Positions 1-11,780 of a stretch of 64,000 nucleotides of DNA are shown here, in pieces. Under the pieces are notes generated by a model. It was not told the origin of the DNA, did not search any database, and was given only the letters and a program-made list of their open reading frames with translations. Where the stretch lies: positions 72,850,001 through 72,914,000 of the forward strand of contig NC_058373.1 in assembly GCF_018350175.1 (NCBI RefSeq). Reading direction: 5' to 3'. The position numbers were made by a program, and so were the translations under genes. This stretch comes from Felis catus (lineage: Eukaryota). Position 1 is the first letter of the stretch, and the number at the start of each line of letters is the position of its first letter.

Positions 1-159
1 AAAACCACATGCACAGTGCCCAGGAGAGAGTTGGTATAAATGTCGAATGAATGTATGTGGCCACGGGGCCAACGTGTCCAGTCCCTTTGTACTATAGGAA
101 GTGTGTTTTTTGAAACTCTTATCCCACTCTTATCCTTATTTAATCTCAGATTAAATAAT

Positions 160-1060
160 GTATTCCACAAGTGATTTATGGAATGTCCACTCCATACCAG
201 GCTTTCTTCTAGGCACTTGAGATTTACCTGTTAACGAAATGTTCAATGATGTCAGACATTCCAATAAGCACATAAAGAGTAAGTTATATAATACTTTAAA
301 AGATAAGCCTGTGGAGATAAGAATCAAGGGTAAAGGGAAGAGGGAGTGCGGGGTGGGGGGTGGCGCACAGGAAGGTGGTTCCCCTTGTAATTTTAGGTAT
401 GGTGGTCAGAGCAGGCTCACACATAAAGATGAGGGAGTGAGTCTTGCAGATATCCGGGGCAAGAGCTTTCCAGGCAGAAGAGAGAGTCCAGTTCTAAGTA
501 AGAAGTTCCCCATGTGTTCAAGGACTGGGTGGAACGAGGAGCCACAGGAGAATTTTGAGAAAGGAACGATATGATCTGACTTCCATTTAAAAGTCTCAGT
601 GTGGCTGCTGTATTGAGAATAGACTATAGGCATCAAGATGAATACAGGGAAAATTGTGTAAACATCAGAACAAACAGTGTCTGATGTTCCCCTGAGCTGA
701 GAGGCTTCTTCCACAAAGAGAGCTGGTTCAGGAGTGGCTGTCATTTCTGCTTCTGCGGATGGAGAGGTGGAGACATGTTTGATAACCTCTCCAGGAATCC
801 TTGAACTGTGGATGATCTGTGAGTTTGGGGAAAAGGATTAGAAGGAGTCCTGATTCCAGATACCAGAAGACTTGTGAAGACACCTTCTCCAAGGACAAAT
901 ATTGGAGTTTTCTTCTGTTGTGTAAGACTCCCTACTCAAGGTTAGGCATATTAAGGACCTTAGAAAATTGTCCCATGACAATGAAGGTAACAAGAAACCG
1001 AAGCTGTTATGAAGCAGGGGGAAAGTATAAATGCCTGTGAGTGGCCTGGCAATAAGGATC
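160..1060 (-). mobile_element. L2 LINE fragment
   Basis: Degenerate L2 3' region (GATATCCGGGGCAAGAGCTTTCCAGGCAGAAG..ATATGATCTGACTT); ends approximate. Confidence 0.6.
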
Positions 1061-1149
1061 ACTGCTGTCTCACTCACTGCAGGGGTGAGTGATCAACAGT
1101 GGAGAAGAATGCTCAGTTCCCAACCTTCCAGGAGATACAGGCCTGTAAA

Positions 1150-1325
1150 CAGGACTGTCTACAAAATTGGTAGGGCCCAGTGCAAAGCGAAAATGCAGGG
1201 CCTCTTGTTCAAACTTAGTAAGAATTTCAAGACGGCAAGAGCAGAGCATTCAACTAAGCATGGGGCCTTCTGAGCATGGGGTCTTACGAGACTGCTAAGG
1301 TTTAATACCCATGAAGCTGGTCCTC
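1150..1325 (-). mobile_element. MER45A-like hAT-Tip100 DNA transposon
   Basis: Reverse complement matches the recalled MER45A consensus (GGGCCCAGTGCAAA..AAAATGCAGGGCC..TTGTTCAAA..AAGAATTTCAAGACGGC). Confidence 0.75.
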
Positions 1326-1689
1326 GGCTTTAGCTTGAATTTGCATGAGCCAAACAGATAGTCCAGATACAGATGATACAGACAGGAGCATGGGGAAGAA
1401 CTTGCATTAATTTGATAATAGTTCAGCCACACAGAAGACAGAGGGAAGGCAAATTAACTGTGCCATTTGGGATGGCACATCACCTCTTCCACATACTTCT
1501 GAGCTGGTGAGATGCCCTGTTCTCTTGGCATCTGAAGATTGAATATAATCCGTTTAACTAGGACCCCAGTGGCACAGACCAAGGTAATAGGAGAAATCTA
1601 TCTGCAGAGGAAAATAGTATAATAAAGGAATTATTAGTCAAAACAAAAAAGAGGCTGAGTTTTACCATGAGATTTTTTACGACTTCTAA

Positions 1690-2110
1690 GTGAGAAGCAT
1701 CTGTTGTCCTTCCCCATAGGAACTATCTAGGCAGGTGTTGGAGGAGGTCTTCAAGAGGACATGACTGGTGGCCCCAGACAACCAGAGGCTCCTTATCCCC
1801 TCCTCTGTCCTTGGAATGTATGTTCTGCCCACAGTTCCCACAGTGGAAGCCATTTTCAAGGATGCAGCCTTAAGAGAGCAATGAGTTGTTGAGACCATCT
1901 GGATTGTATACTTGACTGAGCCCCATTAAGGCCATTATAAATTTTAAGATTCTGGCAGGTGGAACTGGAATTCTATCATCTTGTGGCCACCCAAGACCAG
2001 CCTCACATGTAAATTCCCTTGCTTTTTAAACCTGCCACCCACCAATCTGGAGTGGTCTGCCTCTTTCTTCAGCCCCTCCCTGCCCTCTGCATCAGGGGGC
2101 CAGTTTGTGC
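1690..2110 (+). mobile_element. Old ERV LTR-like element
   Basis: LTR-like 3' motifs (GTAAATTCCCTTGC..AAACCTGCCACCCACCAATCTGGAGTGGTCTGCCTCTTTCTTC); family not determined. Confidence 0.45.
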
Positions 2111-2489
2111 ACCATGATCAGAGTCCCCAGATTTGTCTCTCCTGATAACGTTTCAGAGTTCTCCCCTCACAGAAGAAACTGCATCATCATAAAAATAATT
2201 TATCATAGCCAACCTGGGACTTTTTGTTGAAAGCGTTGGTTGTCTTCAAGGACAAGGAGCAAAAATGTAAAGAAGTAATGCTTAGAAAGGGCATATGTTC
2301 TAGTTAAACTGCCAGGTTCTGAAAACAAATACTCATTCACTCACTGATCAATTCATTCATTTATTTGACCAATATTGAGCTTCTACTATTTGACAGACCT
2401 GTATAGTATCTGAAGCCTAGTGAATATCTATTCAATAAACTGTGACCAGATACACAAGGCCTGCAGGCTCAGGGAATGGAGAGACAGAT

Positions 2490-2680
2490 CTGGTGTTGAG
2501 CAGTGTGTGACTGTGGATGATTTATTTAGCCTCTCTGATCATTAGTTCTCTCATCTGTAAAGCAAGAATGACAATAATATTAACATCTACTTTTTATAGC
2601 TTTATGGATTAATGTATGCAAAGCCTCTGGTTCAATGCCCAACCCTTAGTATGCCTCAGGAAATACTAGCTATTGCCATC
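2490..2680 (+). mobile_element. MIR
   Basis: MIR core TTCTCTCATCTGTAAAGCAAGAATGACAATAATA. Confidence 0.7.
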
Positions 2681-4328
2681 ATTATTAATTTCTTTTGATT
2701 TAACTAGACACAGAGAGGGCAGCATGTGTTTTATAAACCAGAACTTCTCTCTGCTAGTGACTAAGTCAATAAAAATTATAGGAGATGCTCAAAGTTCACT
2801 TCCTACCCATGGTAGGGTGCCACTCTGTTTTATTTTGTTTTGTTTCTTCCTCCAGTGCAGAAATAATCGTGTGTCTTGGCATATCTAAGATAAGGAAGAT
2901 TCCTACATGGAATCACATGTACTTGTATATTCATACTGCTAAGGACCCAGCAGATTTAGTGAGTCTCACACCTCAAAGAGAAATCACGGCTCAAATGAGA
3001 AAGTCCCCAAAGTCAAAAGGAGGGATATGCAAACACTGGTACAAGGTGGCAGCCTTAACCCTCACATGTGCTGTGTGGCACTCCCAAGACAGGGCAGGTC
3101 TTGGGGCACAACCAATCCACAATCCTTTTTCCATGGAGAAATTGTGGACTCACTTAGAGCAGCCATGATCTGTGCCTCCACCTTGATGCCTGAGACGTTA
3201 TTACTCTCTGGGAAGCAAAGTGACGGTTTAAACCTCTGGCTGGTTTTGTAATTTCTCTTAATTCTCGTTTTATTAATTGAATTCAATGCTGTTTTTACTC
3301 ATTCTAATAAAAGCTTTGTTTAAAAATAAAAAAGAAAGCCTTGGGTTTTCAGGAAGAACCATTGGAGACGTGACCCAGACAAGGGACCTCTCTTAAGGGA
3401 TACACCTAACATTGAACTGCACGTACCAAGCCAGTGACTCCCCTTTCCTCTTTTGGTATGTCCAGTATCCCAGAGAGGCCCTGCACTGCCTTCTCTGATT
3501 GATGCATCAGGAAAAATGAAGAGAAAGATCACAAGGTTTTCAGGTCCATCAGGTTAGGAGCAGAACTTCTTTCCAGCTACAGAAATCCTACATCTAAGTG
3601 GCAGGCAGAACTGGGTACTTTGTGTTCCTAATGACATAGAGAGAAGGACCAAAGGAGCAGCTAAACACAAATCCCAAGGGGGCACAGCAGGGGCTGGTTG
3701 TGTGCAGTCATGGGTGAGCAACTTTCTTTTCCCTTGACACAGAGCCCTGGAATGTGGGGACATTTCTGGGAAGGTGGACAAACCTTATGTTTGGCTATCC
3801 CAGGTAAGAACCATTGTGAGACTGCTTTTTGGAAACGGGGAAAGAAAAGATTTATCACAACCCTGCCCAAGCCAGGCAGGAAACAAATTATTGTTTAATG
3901 TTGGCTCATTGATCAAACCTACAAGCCTAGCAACGCCGTAAAGGAAGTTTCTTTACCATCAGTTATTTTAAAATATGCGCCATGTGATTTTCTGATAATA
4001 TTCTTGTAATTAAAATGTCCATATAAATCAATAACAAAAGTGTTAAGATGAAAAGTACAGCATAGGGAATATAATCAATAATATTGTAATAACTTTGTAT
4101 GATAACATTGTACAGCTGAAACTAATATAACATTGTATGTCAACTATACTTCAATAATTGTTTCAGAAACCATTAATATCCTGGGGGGGTGGTGAAAATG
4201 CACTTCACAAAAAGAAGTACAAATGGCCAGTCAATTTATAAAGAGGTACACAAATTCTTAGCCATCAAAGAAACACAAAAAATTACAATGTGACTCATTT
4301 TTCCATCTATCAAAATAGTGAAGATTAT

Positions 4329-4330
<2 letters not shown>

Positions 4331-4370
<40 letters not shown>
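4331..4370. repeat. (CA)n microsatellite
   Basis: About 20 AC units, seen directly. Confidence 0.95.
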
Positions 4371-4372
<2 letters not shown>

Positions 4373-5517
4373 ATGATCATGGAATTCCTTCTTATTCCTT
4401 CTCTGTTATTCCAAGGACCTCCCCCAACCTCTCCCCAAATGGGTACCACAAGTCTTGAACCACCCACTCTATAATCAGAAATTAAGACTGCAAATACTCA
4501 ATTCTTAAGCCCAATCACATCTAGCCTCAGTGCAGGTTTATGTACCCAAAGAACAAAGTATCCAGTTTTGAGAAACTAGATTAAATGATGTCAGGGCTGA
4601 GGAAGAAAGGACAGGGGAAAAAAGCAATCAAGGAAAAGAGAACAATGTTAAGTGCACAAACCATTTTGTAGGAAGGACAACTTCAATAAAGTTGCACCAA
4701 CTTTCAGGTCCAGGTGAGAAGGGAATGAATATACCATTGGCATAGCCCTCTCCCAGGAGGGCAAGCCAAAAAATATCTTGCATTACTGCATTTTCAATAG
4801 AAAGTTTTGCAAATGTGAAATAGAGTGATAACAGGAGCAAACAATAGACAGCCCTGAAAAGTTATTCTTCCTGTACTGTAGTGTCAAATTTTACAAATTT
4901 GAATGCTAAAGCCTTTAATAATACAATTATAATAATAATTAAATTTTGAATACAAAATTGGGTTTATTCTTGTACTACTGAAGTTAATTCTACTTTGTTG
5001 ATGTTCAGGTTCACCTTTAGCTTTGGCCTAACATCTCAATGTTGAGCATCTGACCAAACCGTGTTTCCGGTGCACGATATCTTAGGGAAATAATGGGAAG
5101 TATGGATGAAATTCATGTAAGCATACATTTATCAGCATTGTTTATAAACACTGGGCAAAAATGGAAACTACTTTATCTACAATACTGATATAGTTGTGAT
5201 ATCTAAGTTCTAGTGGAAGTTATTCTCCCTCAGAATATGTATCCTAGAAACAACAGATTTATTAGAGGTATAGTAACTCTCCTTGCACCGAAGAACCAAC
5301 TTATACCCAGCTGGTCCCTTAAGATGAGGACGGTAGTGAGAAGAGCAGATTTTTGAATCAAAAAGACTATTTTATAATTTGTTCATTAACTTGTCACACA
5401 GAGGCGCTGTTGCCAACACTATCATCATTTATGCATGAATTCTGAGCACAGCTGTGATCCCTTTGTATCTCCATTTCAATAGTGATCCCTCCTTCCGGTA
5501 GACCAAACACACGGGCA

Positions 5518-5967
5518 ATGAACTCTTCTCTGGGCTCTCTCATTCTGATCTTAATGTTTGGTAAGTACATTTTACTGAAATGGGTTTTTTTTATTATTTT
5601 TTTTTTATTTCAAAATAATGAAAACTTTCTCTAAAAGATAGAACTCTGGTCAAATTCATGAAAGAAGCCCTTTTTTTTTATCCTTACAGGAGGAACCAGT
5701 GGCAATTCCGTCAAACAGACAGACCAAATTACTGCCTTGGAAGGAGCATCTGTGACCATGAACTGCACGTACACATCCACACAGTACCCTACTCTTTTCT
5801 GGTATGTCCAATACCCCAACAAAGCTCTGCAATTTCTTCAGAAAGAGACGATGGAAAACAGCAAGAACTTTGGAGGCAGAAATATTAAAGACAAAACCTC
5901 CCCTATCACAAAATCCTCAGTCCAGGTACAAGACTCGGCAGTGTACTACTGTCTTCTGAGAGATACA
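5518..5967 (+). CDS. TRAV40: T-cell receptor alpha variable segment TRAV40 (leader exon 5518-5560, intron 5561-5689, V exon 5690-5967); open frame
   Basis: Leader MNSSLGSLILILMFG ends G|GTAAGT; acceptor is TTTTTATCCTTACAG|GA. Spliced product continues GTSGNSVKQTDQITALEGASVTMNCTYTSTQYPTLFWYVQYPNKALQFLQKETMENSKNFGGRNIKDKTSPITKSSVQVQDSAVYYCLLRD. It has the 1st Cys, Trp and YYC, and closely matches human TRAV40 as I recall it. An RSS follows. Confidence 0.95.
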
Positions 5968-6005
5968 CACAGTGCCAAGGGCGTGGGAGGACCTGTACAA
6001 AAACC
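5968..6005 (+). other. V-RSS of TRAV40 (23-class, 22-bp spacer)
   Basis: CACAGTG (5968-5974), 22 nt, then ACAAAAACC (5997-6005); both elements are perfect consensus. Confidence 0.93.
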
Positions 6006-6699
6006 TCAGGGGCCCAGGCAAGGTATGCAGTGAGCCTGGGAACCCCAAGCTGAGGAACCTTGTTCTCTCTCACAGTCCTGTTGGGACATTGTTGGAAGAT
6101 AAATAAAAACAAAATCAGCTGCAACTGCCTCTAATTCCAGGGGGTTCTTTAACTGAAAAAGACATGTGGGGAAAGGGAAATTATTCCATCAGGCAGAATA
6201 ATTTTTGAACTGGAAAGAGAAAATGGGAAAGGATAAGTGAAAAGATACAAAGAAAAGATTTAGATGCTTTCAATATAATCAAGTCTTCTGGATCATTTAA
6301 ATTAATTTCTAAAACACAAGAAAGAATTTTCAGGCATCGTTTGAGAGATATTGGGCAAAATCTTTGAAAGCCTAAGGGGAATGAAGGAAATCTCAAACCT
6401 ATAAACAAGGAAGAAATGGATTGATATCCAGCAACAACGTTTTCAAGCATATTATTAACAGATAATGTGTGTGCTCTTAGAAAATAATGCAGGAAACATT
6501 ATGAGCTAGAATGAATTCCCTAAAGATATTTTTTAAACAAACCTGCTGAATTCAAGTTACTTCGCTAGACTAAAACTGACTCAAATGTTTGCAAGACATT
6601 TGACTACTTTGTTTCTCATTAGATCATTAGGAAAATAAGTAATATCATACATCACTCACTGAGTGATCTATTTATCACAGGCCCTATTGTACTATCAAT

Positions 6700-7140
6700 A
6701 ATAATAATAGCTAGCATTTATCAAGTGCCCAACATGTATGACATATTGTTTTAAATGCATCACATAAATTCATTCATTTAATCTTCCCTACAACCCCATG
6801 AAGCAGGCTCAATTATTAGTCCCCAGGAAACTAAGGTACAGAGAAATAGCCCAACTTGTCCACGAACAGAGTTAGGAAGAGAGCTGGCATAGAAGTACAG
6901 GTAGATTAGACCAAAACCTGTACTCTTAACTGCTGAACTTTGTTAACTCCCAGTGTTATCAGCAATTTTTACCACAAACCACAAATTTGGTGCTGTTATC
7001 CCCATTTTATAGGCAACTGAAGACTAGAGCATTTTGATAACTTCTCAAAACCCAGTATCTAGCAAGTGGCAGGGCTAAGACTCAAACTGAGGTCTATTAG
7101 GCTCTCCAAATCATATCCACTTTTCATGTTGCCGCTCTGT
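6700..7140 (-). mobile_element. Two MIR fragments
   Basis: GGAAACTAAGGTACAGAGA and TTATCCCCATTTTATAG cores. Confidence 0.65.
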
Positions 7141-8484
7141 GTAATGCTACAGTCCATGGTCCTCAGCTGAAAGAATGGCCTATATAAAGATTCAATTGGG
7201 AACACCGTCTCTATTGTTGTTTCACATGATTTTATCCTTCGTCTTACTGGTTCATATTCACTTTATGTGAATTCACATAAGCTGTGCCCATCAAATAGGC
7301 AAACAGCACAATACTGAGATAGGTAGTTAATGTTAGGTGATATTAGATGAACTGAAACAGCCAAAATAAAATTTTATGGGGATAACTGTATTTCTGCATG
7401 TAGTTTTATCAAAATCTATTCCGATACATACTAAAGGGAACCATGGATGGACAGTACTTTTTGTGAAAATGATTTGGGCATGTAATTTGCTCAACCCAAC
7501 TAGAAGAAAAGGAGATTTGCTGAAAGGATATGGAGGAGTCTCGTAAAATCTATTTGTGAAAAATACAGCTGAGCCTCACAAGAAGGACATCATCAATTGC
7601 TTATTCTTTCTGAATCTACTTTTCTCTGAATATATAATCAGTTCTCCTCTTAGGAGACTAGATTCCATGGTAAGCCTGTTAGTTTCTATTCCACAATAAC
7701 CTGAGTTTGAACATAGCCAGCTTTGCCAAGGGATGATTGGTTCAAACTCCATGGGGTTTTATAGCTCTAGCGACTAACACTATCTAACAACTGTTTGTAT
7801 ACCCATAGTCCAAATTCATAACCCCAGTGTTTACCCAGATCCAATAAGCTACAGCCAGGGAAAGGTCACTTAATACAAATATGACCTCTAGATGTGTTCC
7901 TTAAGGAGCACCTCTGATGGAGGGGCTAGCAAGGAGTCCCCAAATTAAAAAATGACTTCAAGCTCCAGATAATTCAACAGAGTGATAAAACTACTGAAAC
8001 AATCAAGGGAACAGTCATAGATGAATGCAAACCAGATGAATAAAATGATACTGTGGCAGGATAACATTTGAAACATATTTGGTCAGTCATGGACAAAAAT
8101 GAAAGATTAAGACTAGGAAAGGAGACTGAAATCATATGACACAGAGAAACAGGGCTGTCATGTGAAGAAACCGTAGATATTTATAAGGAATGCCTTTAAA
8201 AAACAGAACAGAACAGAACAGTCCTTGGGTTTTTTAGGAAGTCCTTGGGAATGAAATATCAAGTGGCACAGACAGGTTGTCATCTACTCTACTTGATCTG
8301 GAACTGCCAGCTGAAGTCAAAGAATCATCAGATTTTCTTCCCCGCCTTACCCCTCCCCCCCCCAGCTCCACCCCAGTCCCACCCCCACCCCAGGGACTCC
8401 CAGCTGGGGGATGCTAACTTTGGTTCTAGATTTGTCTTGGTTTTTTTCAGAGTACTTGACCTACATAACAAATGACTGTGCATC

Positions 8485-8503
8485 TAGCCACTAGGTGGCA
8501 ATG
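8485..8503 (+). promoter_or_regulatory. Candidate CTCF-binding element upstream of TRAV41
   Basis: TAGCCACTAGGTGGCAATG matches the CTCF core CCASYAGRKGGCR, about 215 bp 5' of the ATG. V-promoter CTCF sites are known in the mouse Tcra/Tcrd locus. Confidence 0.7.
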
Positions 8504-8546
8504 TGGGCATTTTAAAGATCGTGAACGGCTCATTGTACAGGTAGCC

Positions 8547-8556
8547 CTATAAATAG
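8547..8556 (+). promoter_or_regulatory. TATA-like box of TRAV41 promoter
   Basis: CTATAAATAG about 165 bp upstream of the leader ATG. Confidence 0.45.
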
Positions 8557-8716
8557 TGCAAATATGTACATTTGTGCTGTCTCTGATGGGCTGGGGATCC
8601 CATTTGATTTCTAAAGTAACTGTGCAGAAGTCATAATAATAAAAGATTCCTTTGACCAACTAACATATATTCCAAATCCTATAACAGAGACCGTGTGAGC
8701 CTTAGCTGCTGTAATA

Positions 8717-9244
8717 ATGGTGAAGACCCAGCAAGTTTTGTTGGCTACTCTGTGGTTTCAGTTCATCTGTAAGTTGGAGAGTTTGGGCATATGGGAAGAG
8801 GAAGCCTAAGTGGATATTTTCTCAAGATTCTGAGGAGGGGAGATAAGGGGACTCTGAGTGGCTAACCCAGAGGACCCTCTGGGAAATGTATAAAGGAAAA
8901 CGTTTTGGAGAAATGTTACAATAATAGTAATATTCTGTGTTTGACCATGTCTTTGAGAATAGGGGCAAGTGGCAAAAATGGAGTGGAACAGAGTCCCCAG
9001 TCCCTGACTGCCCAGGAAGGCAATTTTGTCACAATCAACTGCAGTTTCTCAGTAGGAATGACCGCTTTGCACTGGTTGCAACAGAATCCTGGAGGAGGTA
9101 TTGTCTCCTTGTTTATACTGAGCCTCGAGATGAAGAAGAAAGGAAGAATAAGAGCCACAATAAACACAGAGGAACTTCACAGCTCTCTGTACATCACAGC
9201 CTCCCAGCCCAGAGACTCTGCCATCTACCTCTGTGCTGTGGAGA
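8717..9244 (+). CDS. TRAV41: T-cell receptor alpha variable segment TRAV41 (leader exon 8717-8768, intron 8769-8962, V exon 8963-9244); open frame
   Basis: Leader MVKTQQVLLATLWFQFI ends T|GTAAGT; acceptor is AATAG|GG. V exon reads (W)ASGKNGVEQSPQSLTAQEGNFVTINCSFSVGMTALHWLQQNPGGGIVSLFILSLEMKKKGRIRATINTEELHSSLYITASQPRDSAIYLCAVE, matching human TRAV41 as recalled. The order TRAV40-TRAV41 is the conserved 3' end of the TRAV array. Confidence 0.95.
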
Positions 9245-9283
9245 CACAGTGCTCCACCGTCATCTGGAGCCTGTACCCAAACT
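9245..9283 (+). other. V-RSS of TRAV41 (23-bp spacer)
   Basis: CACAGTG (9245-9251), 23 nt, then ACCCAAACT (9275-9283), a degenerate nonamer typical of TRAV. Confidence 0.9.
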
Positions 9284-9464
9284 CTGAAGCTCAAAGGCAT
9301 CATTTCCCCTCATTCTTGTCTTTCTAAACTTGTCTGTCTCTCTCCTTGGGCAGATGATGTCAGTTTTTTTAAGTTTTTTTTAAGTGAAATATTTTCTAAA
9401 CTACCTCTAAAATGTAAAGCATCATCACCAAGTATTTTAACCAAAACAACACGTGGTCTATTAT

Positions 9465-9720
9465 ATTGGAAGTAGAATATACAGACTCTGGAGCTAAATA
9501 GCCAAGGTACAAAAATACTGATTCTGCCACTTAACTCACTGGGATGATCTTGGCCAAGTTACTCTTTCTCAGTTTTTCCTCAGCTATAAAAAAGAGAAAA
9601 CAGTGTATCTAACTCCTATGTGTGGGAATTATACAAGGTAATACATGCAATACATGTAAAGTGCTTAAAACAATTCCCAGCACATAGTTAGTATTATGTA
9701 AGTGGTAACTATCATTAGTA
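9465..9720 (+). mobile_element. MIR
   Basis: TCTGCCACTTA..TCTTGGCCAAGTTAC..GTAAAGTGCTTAAAACA. Confidence 0.7.
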
Positions 9721-10076
9721 TTAGGTTTAGATGTACCATGAGTTTGCCAATACTCACTGATGGGTTAATACCTTAAATCTTTGGAGAGATAAATGAAGAT
9801 AAATAACAAGCACCTAATAATACTTAGAGTTTCCAAGTTATTTACTAATAATGCCCAGTAGTCATCAGACTTTAAAAATTGTATTAGGAAAAACATAGAG
9901 TGGTTTTAGAAAATCTAGTAGAAGGATGACACTACAGTTTGGTTTCTGTATGGAGATAGACAGGTAAGAGCAGTCATGGGGAAGTTCAGTGCCTTCCTTT
10001 GGAGAAAACGCAGGTTCTAATTTTCTCACCTGGAAATCCCTAATGGAAACTGGCATTTATAAAAATTCATGAAAGA

Positions 10077-10262
10077 GGGGCACCTGGGTGGCTCAGTTGG
10101 TTGAGCATCTGACTCTTGATTTTGGCTCAGGTAATGATCTTATGGTCATGGGATTGAACCCTGTGTTGGGCCCTGTGCTGGGCATGAAGCCTGTTTAAGA
10201 TTCTCTCTCTCTTTTCCCCTCTGTCCCTCTCCTCTCTCTCTCTTTAAAAAAAAAAAAAACCC
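10077..10262 (+). mobile_element. Can-SINE
   Basis: GGGGCACCTGGGTGGCTCAG head, (CT)n, A tail and TSD AAAAATTCATGAAA. Confidence 0.9.
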
Positions 10263-10429
10263 AAAAAATTCATGAAATGAAATATCAGCCAGTGGGTCTC
10301 AATCACTGGTTCTCCACCTTTCTTTCACCAAGGATTCCTTACATCATTCTTTCCCATCCACTGGAATTCTTATGCTGAAACATACTATTGTTATCATTGT
10401 TCTTGTAACTTACAAAATTAATTGCATAT

Positions 10430-11624
10430 ATTAACATACAACTAAGTCTTTTTCTTTTAAAGTTAAAGTTTTTTTTTAAATCAAACTACTACCTGCGCAT
10501 ATGTAAAAAGTCATTAGTGCTACAAATGTCTGTTCCCCTATTCCTCTACCCAAAAAAACAGCAATACCATGCTCTACTCCCACTTTCCAAACCAAGTCCA
10601 CTTTAACAATTTCTAAATTATATGTTTTTCTCTTAATTGATCAATATTAGGCATGATCTATTTACCTCCTTTTATGGTAACACACTACCACTCTCACCTT
10701 CTTAACACAGTTATATCACAATACAGAGTTAAATCAGTAGTCAGTACAGATATGATTATGACTATGTAAATATTTTCACTTTCCTACCAACCTGAGTATT
10801 ATGATTACATTTCCTTTCTGGTACCATTTGTGTTTAGCTAATCATTACTTCATTTTTTTTTCATTTATTCTATATCAATTTCCTGGTTTTTTTCTAAGTT
10901 CTTCAGCAGAGTTCTAAAAATACTTGTTAATGGGGGCACCTAGGTGGCCCAGTCAGTTGAACATCTGACTCTGGATTTTGGCTCACATCATGGTCCAGGG
11001 GCAACCCCAGGGTCGTGGGATCAAGTCCCGTATTGAACCTCAGGTCAAGCCCTGCACTGAGCCCAATGATGAGCCCTACATTGGGTTCTACACTAAGCAT
11101 GGAGCCTGCTTAAGATTCTCTCACTCTCTCCCTCTGTCCCTCTCCCCCCACCTTGGGTGTGCTCTGTCTCTCTAAAATTAAAAAATAATAATAATAAAAA
11201 CGCTTGTTAATAATTTCCCCCAAATGCACATCAAGTTGATTATCTATTTTTTTTCTTTTTTCCCTAGAGATTCCCTCTCCCTAGACATCTATCCTTTGGC
11301 TTGTGTGAACTGATTGCTCTTTGGACCTGGGGCATAAATGTTATTCTAGGACGTTTTTGTATCACTGACCATTTTTGCCATCTTGCATCTTGAATCTCAA
11401 ATATCTTCATCTCTTGGTTTAATCCTTTCTTTTGCTAAAACACATTCTCCAAAACTTCTGTAATAAAGCACACATAAGATTTTTTTTCAGTCTTCACATG
11501 TCTGAAAATATCTTTATTCTACCCTCATACTTTATTGCTATTTTGACTGAATATAAAATTAGAAAATTATAGGTTGAAATCCCCTCAGCATTTCCAGTAT
11601 TTGAGTAGAAAAAGTATTTTCACT

Positions 11625-11655
<31 letters not shown>

Positions 11656-11780
11656 GGAGAAAAAGTGTGACAAGCACTCCATTCTCCCTTGGTATTTTGA
11701 GGATATCATTCCCTGATGTCCTAATATCCAGGATTGCTGTTAAGAAAGGTAATGTCATTTTGAATCATTCTCTTTTATGA
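10430..11780 (-). mobile_element. Old L1M fragment (interrupted by a SINE)
   Basis: T-rich L1M-type sequence such as GTCTGAAAATATCTTTATTCTACCCTCATACTT; ends approximate. Confidence 0.5.
10932..11200 (+). mobile_element. Can-SINE
   Basis: tRNA-derived head, CT tract, A-rich tail and TSD-like CTTGTTAAT. Confidence 0.85.

Noticed and set aside
5391-5409. CTCF-like TTGTCACACAGAGGCGCTG upstream of TRAV40
   Set aside because: The position fits a V-promoter CTCF site, but the core has several mismatches; cannot be supported without a matrix score.
8340-8410. C-rich tract (potential minus-strand G-quadruplex) upstream of TRAV41
   Set aside because: Low-complexity sequence with no evidence of function from sequence alone.
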